Below, piece by piece: positions 1 to 39,835 of a stretch of DNA of 64,000 nt (the stretch's first letter is position 1; every line of letters starts with the position of its first letter). Under the pieces are notes generated by a model, which did no database searches, was not told the origin of the DNA, and worked only from the letters and a program-made list of their open reading frames with translations. A program made the position numbers and the translations under genes. The DNA is from Hormiphora californensis (taxonomy: Eukaryota > Animalia > Ctenophora), in contig CM035350.1 of the NCBI GenBank assembly GCA_020137815.1, positions 6,820,001 through 6,884,000 of the forward strand, written 5' to 3'.

Positions 1-1213
1 TGAAACAGTATCGGCATCGGTAAGATCCGTAGAGACCACGAGAGCAGTATTTTCGTCGGTAGATGTCCAGCTTGATAGCAGGGATGGTCCTGATTTTTCC
101 ACGAGCAGCAACAATGATCTTGTCGTTGTATTTTCCCTCTGTTAAAAAGACGTATCATTAAATATCCGGTTCAATTAAATAACCAAATTCGTTTGGTACA
201 GTGCAGCCGTGTTGAACTTACTCAGGGCAAGGAAGAGAGGGTAGCTCTCTCCACCAGTAGTAACCTTGGTGACAACACCTTCCATAACAGCAGAGGCACC
301 ACCGCCACCACCTCGACCACCCTTAGCACCGCCCTCCATGGATCGACGGCTGTGCACATCGTACTTCTTGTAGTATCCCTTCATGTCATACTTGATGCTG
401 CTGATGGTAACACTAGCAGTGGTACCGTAGTCAAGGACACCGGACAGACTGAAGATCTTGAAGCAATATCCGCACTTGACGACGGAAGTAAAGGAGTCAA
501 TGGAACAGGTCCTCCTGTACCAGACACGGAACTTCTGGGCCTCAACAACCAGTTTCTTGCCACCGCTCTTGTTGGCTTTGTAGATCAGCCACATACCAGA
601 GTGGGTTCCAGCTGCAGACAGTTAATCAAGAAATTAGGCATTTTTCGAAATACGATGAGATATTCAGAGGAAATTTTCAAATTTGGGCTAGCAAATGTGG
701 CAGTATACTTACAAAGAGGGTAAAAGAAGACTTTCTTTCCGATCTGGGTACGGAAGGCAGGTGTGGGGGTTCCTCCAACGCTCATCATAGTGTAGGTAGG
801 GTCTGGGGGAGAAAACAAGAATATATTATGTTGTTGAAATACAAGGATATCGAAAAGTCAATGTGGTTTGTTCATGAAATTAGTCAACTTACTCTGGAAT
901 TTAACTTTGTTGACGGTAACGGATTTCTTAGACATGAACTGTCCCTTCTTACGGGTCTGATCGATGGCGGCATAGCCAGCCTTAGCAGCCTTGACTGCAC
1001 CAAAACCGAAGGCATCCTCAGCAAGGCACACCGCTGAAAATATAAAACGTTAAAAACATGCCAAAAATAAAATAGGAGAAATAATAAATCTATGGGGGGG
1101 GGGGGGGTATTGAGACGGAATATGTGATAAATCTCATCACTAACAAACAGACAAGATGTGATAAATCCTAACTTACCGGCTACGGCAGCCAAGACCACAA
1201 CTAATAGTTTCAT
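1..1213 (-). CDS. Secreted Lys/Tyr/Cys-containing protein with an internal repeat (5+ exons, runs off the window start)
   Basis: Exons 1177-1213, 893-1033, 713-802, 222-611 and 1-138, all joined by phase-1 GTAAGT...AG introns in one frame. The protein starts with the signal peptide MKLLVVVLAAVAAVCLA. The motif YRRx(1-2)CS...CxYCF occurs twice, separated by a Gly-rich linker. Confidence 0.85.
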
Positions 1214-2446
1214 GGTCTACACGGGGGGGTTGGGTGATACAATTAGTTTGATAAACAAGGTCTTGAAGTGGCTAAACAGTGTCTTAAAGACTCATAGCTA
1301 CAGGGGTGTCTCTTAGATACTGATATCTAAGTAGTTTGCTGCGATCATGGGAGAGAGAGAAAACAAGCAAACAAATATTAAGTGTGACTCTATAAGATTT
1401 ACAAACTGTAAACCCCTTGCCCCACGCATATCAAAGGAGACTTGTCTGCGGTGGTGAGGTAACCACGAGGGATATCATCGCTTACATGGGGGCAAGTGTG
1501 GGAATGGATCGTCTCGCAAGAGAGAGAGAGAGACATGTTGGACATAGGTTATAAACCTAGTCAGTGCATTTGGGAGTAAAGTTTGAAACAGGGTACACAT
1601 AGATATAGAGCGAGCCTAAGAGAATGATAGATAGATACAGAGCAAGAGTAAAAGAACGATAGATAGAGAACGATAGATGGAGAGAAAGCTCCCGAGAGAG
1701 GATGGTTTGCCACTATTCAAGGATACTAAAGAGGCAAGTTGAGCAACATATCCCTTGGACAGATTAAGATACTGATCCCCCGTTGAGGGTTGAAAAGTGA
1801 AAGTTAAAAGGAGACCTTTGAGTTTTGGTATATATACTGTTTTGTTTACACGTGATTACGTATGACTCTAAGCTAGTGTAGCAAACAGGAAATAATTTGT
1901 AGTTGACAAACAAACAAACTCTACCGTGTAGATGCTGAGGGAGGATGCATCATCTTCTCGGGTAGTACAAATCATTTGGAGTTCCGCTTTGACGATTGTA
2001 CCTTTCCGTAACCGCGAATCGTAAAATAATCAAGATTTCCACCCGTTTTGGATTTCTTATTCCATCTGAAAAATCTGCATCAATTGGAATAATTAATTAT
2101 ATGCGGTACAGAAAGAAGCTTTCTTGGAAAGTCAAGATCTTTTTATGAAGGGTAGAAGATATAAAGAATTTAAAGCGTCATTTAAAGTGGGTTCAAAATT
2201 AAAAATTTTCATTGATACATCAACTTGAAACTAACACATGACACGCTTCTATTATTTATACAACAGTTAAAAATTCATATGATCCCAAAGTGAGTTCCTA
2301 TCAACAGGGTCTCAGATTATTAACACAGTGATACAATAACAATATTGTACTTCACCGCTGACTGTACTTCACTTGTACTTTATTGCTGATCATATTTTGT
2401 CGTTTCAGGCTCTTCCTTGCAGTTGCCGGGTTTTTTTGTGGCAGGT

Positions 2447-27271
<24,825 letters not shown>

Positions 27272-28156
27272 CTGGGGGGATGAGTTGTTAGAATTGCCAG
27301 CCCTCTCTCACTGTGCCCCGCACCGGTTAGTTAAGACCTGGGGTATGATGAATTGTCAGGCTGCTACACTGTAGACTTCTACAATGTAGAATCTGCAGAG
27401 GGACGCTCATATCTAATGCTGAATGATGAGTGAGTGATGTGGATTAGGTCCAAGGGGGAGGGGGGTTTGCATCCTGTGGATCGAAATTATGTTCGTTTCA
27501 ACCAATGATGATGGCTTTGTTATAATTCCGTCTAATCACTCGATTCACCTCACTACCACCCATCCTATTAGGACACATAGTCTCTATTGCTGCATCTCGC
27601 TCAATTCTCTCTCTCTCGCCCTCTCTCTCTCGCTCTCTATCTATCTCCTCTCTCTCTCTCCCTCTCTCCTCTCTATCTATCTATTTCTTCCCCTCGCCCT
27701 CTCCCTATCCATCTCTCCTTTTTGTGTGTTGAGTGGTATTGGCTTGAGTCGCTGAGACGCGCCTGTAAGAAGGTCGAGGTACCCATGCATACCCACTGAA
27801 CATCAACACACAGTGTGTCATGTGTGAAAAATAACTGAAAATAACTCACTGAAAATAACTCACTGAATTTTTGACCTACAAAATTTAAATTTTGATATAT
27901 TCAAGAGAGATTTGGAAAATAAAAGAGAAAAGGGTCTGATATAAGGTTGAAACTGTGTACCCCTTCGCAGCGGCAGTAGTGTGTGTATGTGTGATGAGAT
28001 GCAACAATGACAACGAAAGAAAGGGAGAAGAGAAAGAGAGAAGTAGAGAAATAAATAGATAATAAATATAGAGTCACTTAGAGAGCAGAAAGAAGAAGAG
28101 CGAGGCGAGAGCAGGAGATAGAGATATGAGAGAGAGAGGAGAAGAGAAGAGACTAC

Positions 28157-28192
<36 letters not shown>

Positions 28193-28890
28193 AGGCGGGA
28201 GCGAGAGAAAGCTATAGACTAGACTTGTTCTTGTTTACTAGTTTTCAAAATCATTATACCTCGGTAGTGCAGCAGTCAGCGGGGCGGGGTTGACTATAAC
28301 TATGTACTTGAGGGGAGGGATAAAGAGAAAGAAGGATGGGGAGAGAGAGAGAAATATAAAGATAGAGAGAGGGGAGAGAGGGAAGGATGACGGCCTCGGG
28401 CGTGTTTACCGTTTTCCCAAAGTACTCATCACATATGAGTTGCACTAAAAAGCTTTTTAAACTTAGTGGGGATGAAAATTGGGGGGGGGGGGGCATTGAT
28501 AAAAGACACATTTGGGAGGCGGAAGCTGGAAATACTAACCCACCGAGTTTGAATTTGCGAAGAAAGAGAAAGGTGGAACGCGTGTACAATAGCCAAGTAG
28601 ACTTATACGGGATGGTTTCGTCCACCTCGATGTGTTTCTCCTCAAAGCAGATTGTATAAAACTAACCGAGTTGAATTGCGGAAAGAAAGGGTGGAACGGG
28701 TAACATGGGCCAAAGGAAGACTTATATTATACGGGATGTTTCGTCACCTCTATTGTTCTCGCAAAGCCAGATTGACTACAGTGGGGTGTATTCCAAATCA
28801 CTGTGCCAATGGTCAGAAGAGAAGAGAGAGGAGAGGAGAGGATGCGAGAGAGGACGATAGTAAGAGAGAATGAGAGAGTAGAGATAGAGA

Positions 28891-28948
<58 letters not shown>

Positions 28949-30541
28949 AGAGAGAGAAGAGAGGAGAGAGAAAGAGAGAGAGAGAGAGAGATAGATATGA
29001 GAAGATGATAGAAGTAGAGAAATTATTGGATAGAGAGAGAGAGGTAATAGCGGAGAGATAGTATGAGGCGTAGTGGATGGGACTGATAGAGAAGAGGCGC
29101 AGGAGTCATATCCCCATCGTGGAAGAGGAGATAGATAGAGATGATGCTCAGCGTAGATACTCTCTAGATAATATGAAATATAGAGAAGAGGAGCAGAGGG
29201 GAGAGAGCAGATAGATAGAGAAGATGAGAGCAAGAGTACGAGAGAGAGATAGAAAAGAATGAGATAGAGAGAGCAAGCTAGGAAGAGTGAGAGGTGGGGG
29301 AAGAAGAGGGAGAGGAAGAAGAGGAGTCAGAAGTGGGAGGGGGGAGGGGAGGGGGGGAGGGGCGGAGGAGTAGGAGAAGAAGGGGGAAACGGCACACGGG
29401 AGAGAGGAGAGGGGGGAGAGGAGAGGAAGAGAGAGAGATTGCTTGTGGCTTGAAAGAAAGAAGAAGGAGAAATATTATTTTTATTTATCGTTTAATATAA
29501 AGATGTGAACATTTTTCGGCTTATGGTTTTAAATTCGGTTTTAACCTCGAGTTTGGTTATGAGGAACAAGACCACTGGTTTCTGAGAAGATTGAAGAAGA
29601 TTGAGGATAATACTAGCCTAGATATCACAGAATGAAAGACGGAGACAACAGATGAGGCGACTTGGAGGTTGGCGGAAATACAGATCGAAGTGATTACAAT
29701 ACCAGTTGAAACAATGTAAAGCGCATGGTTACGCAACAATAATGATGGCATTGTGTCCGCCAAATCGCCCATGATAACGACAAGACATATCATCCAAACA
29801 GATCCATTTACCATCCCCTGCTGATGGCTCCTCGGCCAACCATCATGATCTCTTGTTCGCATTACCCTGTGGTCTCTCTCCCCTCATCTCCCTCCCTCCC
29901 TCTCTTTCTCTTTCCTATCGTGGCTCTCCACAACATGCGCAGAAGTGAGAGCTACTATAATAAGCATTTTGTCAAACAACCCTCGCCCGTCCTCCTTTCG
30001 CTGCCTGAGAAACTCAACAAATGAACCTCTCTCATTCGAACTGTGCCCAGAAAAAAAACCTATTTTCGCCCTATCTTTCTCTAGAACAAAAAAACTTTTT
30101 GTTTTTATTTTCCATTATTCTTCCATTTCCCCTCCTCTACTTTTAAGGCTTTGTTATGAGTTCTCAGATTCTTTAGTCTGTCTCTAATCGACCAGCCAAG
30201 GAGGGTGAAATGGTTTTCATTATTACATACACTTACCCCCCCACCCTACAGCAACTTTATACGGGGAATGGATATCCGTCATGACGTACCATTATTGACG
30301 TATTATTATGACCTATAATTGATGCCCTAGAATGGAGAACCGGGATTAGGGGTTCCGGTGAATTTCACTGATCACTATCAAAAACTGTATGGTGATTGAT
30401 ATAGTAAAAATAGAGACAAACATGATAGAGAGTTGAGATGAACGGGGCTTGGGAGAGAGAGAGAGAGAGAGAGATAGAGAGAGAGAGGAGAGAGAGAGAG
30501 AGAAGAATAGTGTTTGTTTGGGGATATACTCTCTAGCAGTA

Positions 30542-30641
30542 NNNNNNNNNNNNNNNNNNNNNNNNNNNNNNNNNNNNNNNNNNNNNNNNNNNNNNNNNNN
30601 NNNNNNNNNNNNNNNNNNNNNNNNNNNNNNNNNNNNNNNNN
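30542..30641. other. Assembly gap (100 N) with low-accuracy, homopolymer-inflated flanks (~27500-33500)
   Basis: N run; surrounding sequence has abnormal poly-A/G/C/T runs and degenerate GA tracts. Confidence 0.95.
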
Positions 30642-33600
30642 TTTAAAAACCAAGGCGAAGGGGGGGTTTTAATCAGCCTGACTTCCAAATTGCGCCCCGC
30701 ATTTTTCAAAACTGAAACTGGTCACAAGTTGCGGCAAAAAGAATTTCAAAGTTCCCCATTACCCCCCTATCTCAAAACCCTCTAATTGTCCCCCAAACCC
30801 TTTTCCCCTTTACAGAACCGCCCCAAAAGGGAAGACATAAAAGTCGCGAGCCTACCACCGACACGCCCCCCTATTATATTCCCATGGAAATTGTTTCTTG
30901 TGTATCCAGTATCTTATCTCGGATTTGATCGGCGTGGGGGAGACGGGTCTTGGTGAACAAGCAGCAACTTCGAACGGTACCCCCAACGGGGGCCCCGCCC
31001 ACATGGCTTCTCCATGTGAAATGGGGTGTGTAAAAATAGGATTGTTTTGATATGGGTCTGGGGAAATGCAATGATTCTATTGAGACGGTGTGGGGGGGGG
31101 AAAAAAGGGGTGTAATGGTTGAATCCAACTACAAACCCCCTCCCCGCTCTGGGCAATATATAGAGTGGAATGAAGGGAGAGACACTGAGCGTTTGTTTTT
31201 AGGGAGAGGTAAAGATAGAGTGTGAGGGAGAGAGGAGGGGGGTTTGAGGGAGAGAGGGGAGTTTGAGGAGATCACTGATCAGGGGAGAGTTGGACAGAAT
31301 GAGGGAGCCTAATAGAGCCTTCCCAAAGTGTTTAAAAAATGGAGAGAGAACAGTATTTTGGGGTTTTAAAAAATGTGTGTATCAAAAGTTAACCCACCCC
31401 TCTCAAAAAATTTACCGGGGCGGTTTGAGAATAATGCTAATCCTACACTAAATATCTTCCCCTCTCTCTCCCTACTACAGCAGTAAATACCAGGTGGGCC
31501 AGGTGATATATATTAACATGTGAATGGATATTTCAAATATACTTCAAATACCAATACACCCTTTGTACATAAGTCTTATTTTTATCTTATTTTTACTGGT
31601 GAAAAAGGAGGGGAAAGCCCGTAGGGTGTGACTGACGAGATTTGCGGGGTTTTGTGTTTTTTTGAAAAAAAATTTAGGGGTTTGTGGGTGGGTCTATAAA
31701 ATTATCTTTATCTGTACATAACGTGTGATAACGTGTGATGAATCATTGATGAAGATGTGTAAAGAAAAAGAAGGACGTGCTTTGTGAGCGGTATCATATT
31801 GACAAGACTTATAAAACTAGCGTTTATGGGTTGATATGTGATGAGGCTTCCCCAACACAGAAAGAAAGCCCTACACGATCACCCTCAAAAAAGGCGGGGT
31901 CCCTTTTTTGGTTTTTGGCCCACCCCCCCCCCCCCCCAAAAAAATTTTTTAAAAGAACTTTTTTTAAAAAAAAAAAACACCACAAAAAAAGCTCCCAACG
32001 AAAAAACCGGACTTTTTTGGCAAAAAAAACAGGCTGTCGTTTCTTTGTTCGTTTTTTCATCGGGGCCCCGGTTTTTTAAAAAAAAGTATTTTGGTTTTAA
32101 ATAAAAAGGTTTGGGGATGAGAGAGAACAGGAGAAAGGATAAAAGGAACGGCTAACGAAAAGGGGAGAGAGAGAGAGGGGAGAAAGGAGATAGAGGGAGA
32201 GAGATAGAGAGAGAGGGAATTTAGCGGTACGGCAACAAAGGTCTTACTCCTCCTCTCTCCTTTCTGTGAGGTCTATTAGACTGCACCTAATATGTTGAGA
32301 CCGCTATATTCCCCTCTCGGTCCGATTTCCAAGATTATGGTAAAGTGACAAGTGCAGCACTGCAGATACATTTATTATGGGATAGGAGAGAGGGTTCTGT
32401 TTAGAGTATGTGCGGTATGTAACTGAGACTGAGAGGGAGCTCCTGGAGAGAGAAAACTGAAAGTGAGAGATAGCGAAGCCGTATCCCACATTGCACGACT
32501 CGATACTCACAAATATGATCTTTAGCCGCTCTATTACCGGGTTATTCTCTCTCCCGCCCACAGAGAGAGAAATAGACAGTGGGCACACACAAGCAGCCTA
32601 TCATACCCGGCACAAGCTATCTCTACCCGAGACTGAGTGAGATTCAGGGGTGCGCGCGGTGAGACGGAGCGCGCGACGCCTTTTCTCTGTACAAAGTTGG
32701 TATGGTGCAAATAACGGAGCCTCATTATTCCATTTTGGAGGGCTCACGACGGAGACACATGTCTGGCGGCTGTTTCCACATGTTAACCTGCCCGCAGTGG
32801 AAAAGCGAGAGCGATTGGGGGAATTGTGCCCCCTCCCCCCTCGCGGGTTGGTTTGACACAGTGTGGGGTGTATGGTTTCTTTTCGACCTCTCTATCTATT
32901 GGTGTGAGAGGAGGAAGGGAGAAAAAAGGGAGAGGGAGAGAGAGAGAAAGAAAAGGAGGAGAGAGAAGAGAAGAAAGAGAGAGGGGGGTGGAGAGAAAGA
33001 AGAGAAAAGGGAAAAGGGGGAAAAAAAGGGGGGGTTTGAAGAAAAAAAAAAATTCAACCCCAATATTGAAATTTTGTTTGGGGGTTTGCCAAAAAAACCC
33101 CCAAAAAAACAAAAAAAAAAAAAACAAAAAACCCTACACCAAAAACGTAATTTAAACAAAAAAAAAAAAAAGACCACCCCCCACCCCACCCCACAAAAAC
33201 CCAAAAAAACCAAACAAAAAAACAACAACCCCCAACCCCCCCCCAAATTTTCAACCCCCAAAACACAAATCCAATTCCCCCAAAATGCCCATAAGGCGGA
33301 AATGGGGGGTTTTTAATGCCGAGGGAAATTAACAATGGGGCAAAAGGGGTCCCTTTTAAAAAATCTCAAAATTATCCCCTGCCCCGTCGGTTGAAAAATT
33401 TTCCAAAAAATTTTCGGGGGGATAAAAACACAAGGATGGGCGCCCCATATTATCCCTAATTAATTTTTTACCGTGATGGGGCAACTGGGGGATTATTAAT
33501 TTTAACAAAAAACAGAAACTATTATCCTCTTTTCGGTTTTACTGTCTTTCTTCAGGATCGCCATTAATATTTCTGATAATAAACGAGCAAGCAAACAAAA

Positions 33601-33989
33601 TAATATATTTGACAAAACATGGGGGGAATAATTGGCAGGAAAATATAACGGGTGGGCAGGGAAAACTCGCACACACACGCACAATTACAGCTGATGGCAA
33701 TGTTTTAATAGTAGTACACAAGAATTGTTAGTATATCACACACACTTTCTCTATCACATGTCCTCTCGTGGCCAGATATCATCTTTCTATCATCTTCTTG
33801 GTAACTTTATTTCTAGAAACTCCTCATTTCAGCTCTGAAAGGTAAATTGTGTGTTAGGGGAGGATGGATATTATATTCCGGGTTGTTTTATGCAGGTGAT
33901 ATATCCCTGTCAGTCTAGAATTATAACTGCACTTTATCCAGATACGAAAGATAATGAGATCTAGACCAATATAATCGAATATATTTTCA

Positions 33990-36900
33990 AGCTCCAATCC
34001 GTACCAGGCGATTATATTTGCCAAGGATTCGCCGAGCAGAGCTCAAAGATTCCTGACTTTTCCGAGATCTACTACCGGCCGGGCTAGGATCAGGAGACCC
34101 TCCAATGGAGATCTTTCGACTACATTCTGATCGATCTAGGGACGGTCTAGTTCTTCCTGTCGTCTGTTGTCTGTCATTGTACGATCTGTCTGTCGTGTGT
34201 CTGTCAGTGAGGCTGTCTGTCAGTGATATTGTGGTCTCATTACAACTACTCATAAAGCTCCTGTCACTCCTTCTCTCCTGGACGCGGCCCAGGGAAGAGG
34301 CTCGAGTGGGAGGCTCTGGCACTTTAAGTGTCTGTGACAGGTCATATTGCTGAAGTTGGGGTGAGTAGCGGGTGCAGTGTTTCTGCAGCTTGACAGGTAC
34401 CGCAACTTTCTTCTTATAGTTTGGGGTTGAGGTAGTTGGGTGGTGGTCTGTCGGACGGGTCTGTCGGTAATTTCTGTCAGCTTCTAATCTGTAAATGAAA
34501 TATTGTCAGTATTAGTGCCTCAGTATCATATTGTCAGTAGTTGTTGAGTAAGGGGTGAGTACTTTCTCAGTTGTTTATCCTAAAGTCTATTCATATGGGG
34601 AGGCCGGCGCGAAAAAGTCTGAACAGTCTGACAATACTTTGCGTGATATATTTAACTACTATTTCTTTCCAGAATTGTAATTGATTTATAACCTAGCTGT
34701 ATGGCGGCGCCAGACAGTACCCTACTGCAGAGTCCCCGAATAAACCTATTAATAAAGCCCTAACTGGAGCTAACACTAACAGATGTAATAAGTGGAGGAA
34801 TCCGATTTTTTTAAACATGTTTCTGCTCGGGCTTCAGTAAAACATAAACATGATTAGGCGAAACATGACATGGAATATATAATGTTGGTTACGAAATAAA
34901 CCCCTTCACGCGCTGGTAAGGGAGGGGCAACCAAGATATATAATGGTTTGTTGAGTAAGGGGTGGGAGTAATAAATAATGGTGCTCTCTTCATGCTTCAC
35001 ACTCACTTTGATTGCCGATCTCTCTGCTGCCATTTTCGCATGATGTCAGCCGCTGATGGCGTATCATTTATTATAGAGGGCGAGTTTGGCTCCGGCTGCT
35101 GCAATATAGGGATACGTTACGTCACAATAACATAAATTATATGACGTCATAATTGAGAGATAAGGGTACAAAATGTGAGACATTTTTTCGTTTAAACACG
35201 TCACAAAATGATTAAAGTGCTTCATAAAGATCTCTCTACCTTTTTGGGAGAGGGGTAAAGGCGGGGTGCTGCTGGTCGGCTGTGAGATCGAACAGGTGAG
35301 GGCGGTGCTCCATACATAGGGGCAGGATCACGAGGCGGAGGGGCCTGTAAACACACACACATTTAAACAGAGGGAGGGGATGCTGTTATATAATACACGG
35401 GCAGAACGGATATACGATTATTATGAAGTGCTTCAAAACAGGGGGGGCTATATTTGGGGGGGGGGGGGTTACATGCCCCCCTTGATTTGGGGGATTTCAT
35501 GTTTAATTTTTGGGACGTACCGCCAAAACTTTGTTGGTCCCAATAAACTTCTTTGGGCCACAACCCCCCAACCGGGGGGCATTTTAGATCGGGCCACTCC
35601 TGATAAAGGGTGGGGATTTTGGGTTGGGGTTTATATTTCTTTTTTGGGATTTAGGGGGAAATGTTTATAAGAAAAAAAGGGGAAAAAAAAAAAAAAAGAA
35701 AAAAAAGGGAAAGAAAAAAAGGGGGGGGGAAAGGGAAAGGGGGAAGAAAAAGGGGGAAAAGTTTTTTTGGGTTTGGGGTTTTTTGGGGGGGTTGTGGGGG
35801 GGGGGGGGGGGGTGGGGGGGGGGGTGGGGGGGGGGGGGGGTGGGGGGGGTGTGGGGGGGGGGGGGAAAAGGGAATAATGAAAAATAAAAAAAATTATGTT
35901 CTGCAGAAATTACAGGAAATGGGAAGGGTTTTTACATAAATATTTTATCTGTATTTATGTTCATTTCTTTAACAGAGTTTAAAGAGTACAGCATCCCCCA
36001 TGTTATGCCTGTGTTTATAAGCCAAAAACCTTTAACGGGATTATTAGCCTGGAAAAGGGGGGGAAAACCCCTTTCCCCCTTTTTTTTTTTTTTTCCCCCC
36101 CCTTTTTTTTCTCTCCCCTTCCTCTTCCCCTCTCTTTTCTCTCCCCCTCCTTCCCCCTCCTACTTACTGTCTTCAAGAGAAAACCTGTGAGCCACATTTC
36201 GGCAAAAACGTTTGGGGATCTGGAGTTTCTGACATGGGATGTTGTTGTTGGGGGTTTGGGGTTTTGGGAAATTTTTAGGACGAGGAATGAGTACTGGGGA
36301 AAACGATTAAAAAAAACCCCGACCAGTACAGTTTCCGCGTTTTTCCCTTCATTTTTTTCTTTTTTGGGTTTCCCCCCTTTTCCAATTGTTTTCAGGTTGT
36401 TTTTTCTCCTCACGTTTAGTCATTTCTTCATTTTTGAGGTTTTCTTTTCGTTCCCGGGCCTGTTTCTCCAATTCTTCTGTTCTTGTCTCCGTCTGTTGGC
36501 CCTATCTTCCCATTTCTTTTTCCAATCATCCTCCTTCTGACCCTCGTTAGTTTGTCTCCTCTCGACCTCCCTTCTTAACTTCTCAACCTCTTCTTTCTTC
36601 TTGTCAACTTCCTCTTTCTTCCTTAAAACCTCCTCTCTCTTTCTCTCTACATCCCTCTTCATCCTATCATAATCACTCATCTTCTCCTCTCTCCGTCTCT
36701 CCATGACTTCATCCAACCTACCACTCCTCACTCTCGCTGGTTTAATCACAGGTTTATCATTATCTTCCAATATTTGGTTCTTCTTCAGAAACTCCCTGAG
36801 ATTCTTCCTAAATCCTGGATCCAGGGCGCCGTCCTCCTCAGTCGAAACAGTTGGTTGTTCCTCCGAGGGGGTGTCAGCCCCTCCCACAAGAGAGGTATCA

Positions 36901-37733
36901 GGAGAGTCCTCTGACGAGTCAGTACTAATTGTCTCAAAGTTGATCACAGTAGTAGGAATGGGCGGCAGGGACGGACACCTGTGTCACCTGAACTTGCGGT
37001 CTCTTGTGGTGATGTTGGTGTCGGTGTTTCCTTCTCCGTCTAGCTTCCTCTGCAGTATCTTCACTCGATGTATCCGAGCTACTACTACTACTCTCCTCCT
37101 TCTCGTCATCACAGTTATCCTTCCAAGGATGGTATTAGGGGCACCCTCTGCCGGTCAATCAGCATGTTTTGAACCCGAACATTCGGTCGGAAGTTCTTAA
37201 CAACATCTGGTACAACACGTTTCCTAGTTTCAGGACTAGATGGTTTTGTGTTGGGATGTACAGGCGGCTTCTTAGCAGTCGGACGTGATGGTGCAGACTT
37301 CTCTCTTTTCCTTAGAATGGACTCTAGTGGATCCTCTTCTTTTTCCTTCTTCTCTGATTTCAGGGGCTCAGTTTTGTGTCTTGTCCGATTGGTCCTCTCC
37401 CTCGGGTGACCAGCTGACTTTACCCGGCTCCTAGCCGGTGGGTGGTGCAGTGGCTTTAACTTTTTTAACATCTGTTACATCCTCATCATCACTCAGTCTA
37501 TCGAGGGCCTCGTTCAGGAGGTCTAGATCGACAAACAGGTAGTGATTTTGGGAGGATTGTCTTAAGGTCATGGTGGGCAAACAATTAACAAGTTAAAAAG
37601 TGTGTGTAGTTGCTGGTGAACAGTTGCTAATCACATAGGACAATCTGGTTGGGTTGTTGCTCAACGTAAACAATGAAATATGTGGGAGAGAGAAGAGAGA
37701 GAGGAGAGAGAGAGAGAGAGAGAGAGAGTGAGA

Positions 37734-37811
<78 letters not shown>

Positions 37812-38372
37812 ACCGTGTTTCTTCAGGTCTAACATGCACACCGCAGTGTTAGCTTTTAATTTTGGTCAACCATAAAACAATCCTAGAACCGGGTGTCACA
37901 TCCTGGGTTTCGCGAGAGACCCAGGGCAGTTAATGCAAACTAACTAACGATCCCCTGACTCTAATGTTACTAACTAATTCAATTAACTCATTAATTAATC
38001 AACTCATTAACTAATGTTACTAATTAATTAATGTTACTAACTAATTCAATTAACTCATTAACTAATCAACTCATTAACTAATGTTACTAATTAATTAATG
38101 TTACTAACTAATTCAATTAACTCATTAACTAATGTTACTAATTAACTAATGTTACTAACTAATTCAATTAACTCACGTTGGTAAGTTTCTCGAGGTCTAG
38201 CCACTCGTCATCAAGGTTGAACTGGCTCTTCTAAAGGGGGAGGAGGGGGTTGTTAGGGGGCAACAGTTGGTGTATTTAATGGGGTAACAGTTGGTGTAAT
38301 GGGCGATAGTAATTGGTGCTGAACAATGATAGAGATAGATAGAAAGATAGAGTGAGAGAGAGAGTGAGAGAG

Positions 38373-38414
<42 letters not shown>

Positions 38415-39659
38415 TGCTACATTCACAGATCTAGTCTGATGGGTCTTATGCAACATTTGAATGTGCGTCACTCATCGTAGTGCCTTGTGACTGAAAAACC
38501 TCTCTGTTTTGTTACAACATAGTCACATACTATGTGAGTTACATGTAGACTTCTTAATTTCGTAAATAAGCTTGAACTAGGGAACAAGAGAGCGAGGGAG
38601 AAGGAGAGAGAAGGAGAGAGAAGAAAGAGAAGCTGTGACGCTTGTTAAGGAATTTTGATCGCTCTCAAATTCCTTGACAAAAAAGACAGAGAGTTCAGGA
38701 TAAAGTCTAGCAGTTGAGAGGGTAGCTGATCTAGTTACGTACGGAGCCTGCTGCCTGGGGGGCAGGTGCAGTGGACCAGTTTAGCCGATAGAACTGGTCC
38801 ACAAAGTTCTCTGGAGTGGGACTCTCTGAAATTGCAATGAGAGCTACACGCTACTAGCTGCTGACACGGGGCTCGCTCTGCGGATACCCGCCATTTGTGA
38901 TATACTCAGAACCAAAAGTGCTCCAAAAGTATGCTATTAATGCTGCTGACATGTACAGCTGACACACACTTACTTCGTGCCAAGGTAGCGACTCTTCAGT
39001 TTGTAGGGGAGGGGGAATAACAACTGGCTGGTCACGTACACCATTAAGGGATGCCCCTGCTGCAGGGGCAGGAGCGGCTCTTATCTCGTCTATAGAATCG
39101 TATTCTACAACTGGTTTCTGAAAGTGGGGGGGGGTAGAAGCATGAAGTTATCTGGATTTGTCTGTGACAATTACAATTGTACCAGTATGTTAACAGTCTG
39201 TAAACATAAGTAATAATTAGTTTAGTTGGGGTTTAGTGATTAGTTTCTTACCAATTCCTCAGGTTCCGGTGGGGGCGGTACTCGGTGGGGTGGTTTTGCG
39301 GCCACGACAGGAGGTGTCGGTCTAGGGGCGACCACGGGTGGCGAGGAGGCGGTATTCTTAACAACGGGAGTATAGATGGGGATCTCAGCTTCAGGTTGTG
39401 TATATGATGGAGGGGGTGGCTGGAGGGGGAGAGAAAGGGGGGTGTTATGGTTCATACGTGGAGTTCATGAAAAGGAGGGAATTACCCCCACCATGTGCCC
39501 TTTCATTCATTCGCACTGATGTACTACCATGCAGAGTCAATCAATCGACCAAACATAGAGACATGGGAAAAGAGGGAGAGAGAGAGAGAGAGAGAGAGGG
39601 GGAGACAGAGAGAGAGAGAGAGAAAAGAGAAGGAGAGAGGGAGAGAGAGAGAGAGAGAA

Positions 39660-39690
<31 letters not shown>

Positions 39691-39779
39691 AGAGAAGGAG
39701 AGAGGAGAGAGAGAGAGAGAAGAGAGGAGAGAGAGAGAGAAGAGAAAGAGAGAGGGAGAGGGAGAGGACGAGAGAGAGA

Positions 39780-39835
<56 letters not shown>

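Noticed and set aside
193-723. 176-aa plus-strand ORF
   Set aside because: It is the antisense shadow of the spliced minus-strand secreted-protein gene and has a non-ATG start.
31777-33335. Lys/Phe/Gly/Pro-rich ORFs (also 35363-36413 and 54745-57114)
   Set aside because: They arise from homopolymer-inflated low-quality sequence; the 54.8-57.1 kb part is demonstrably a corrupted copy of 49.9-52.0 kb.
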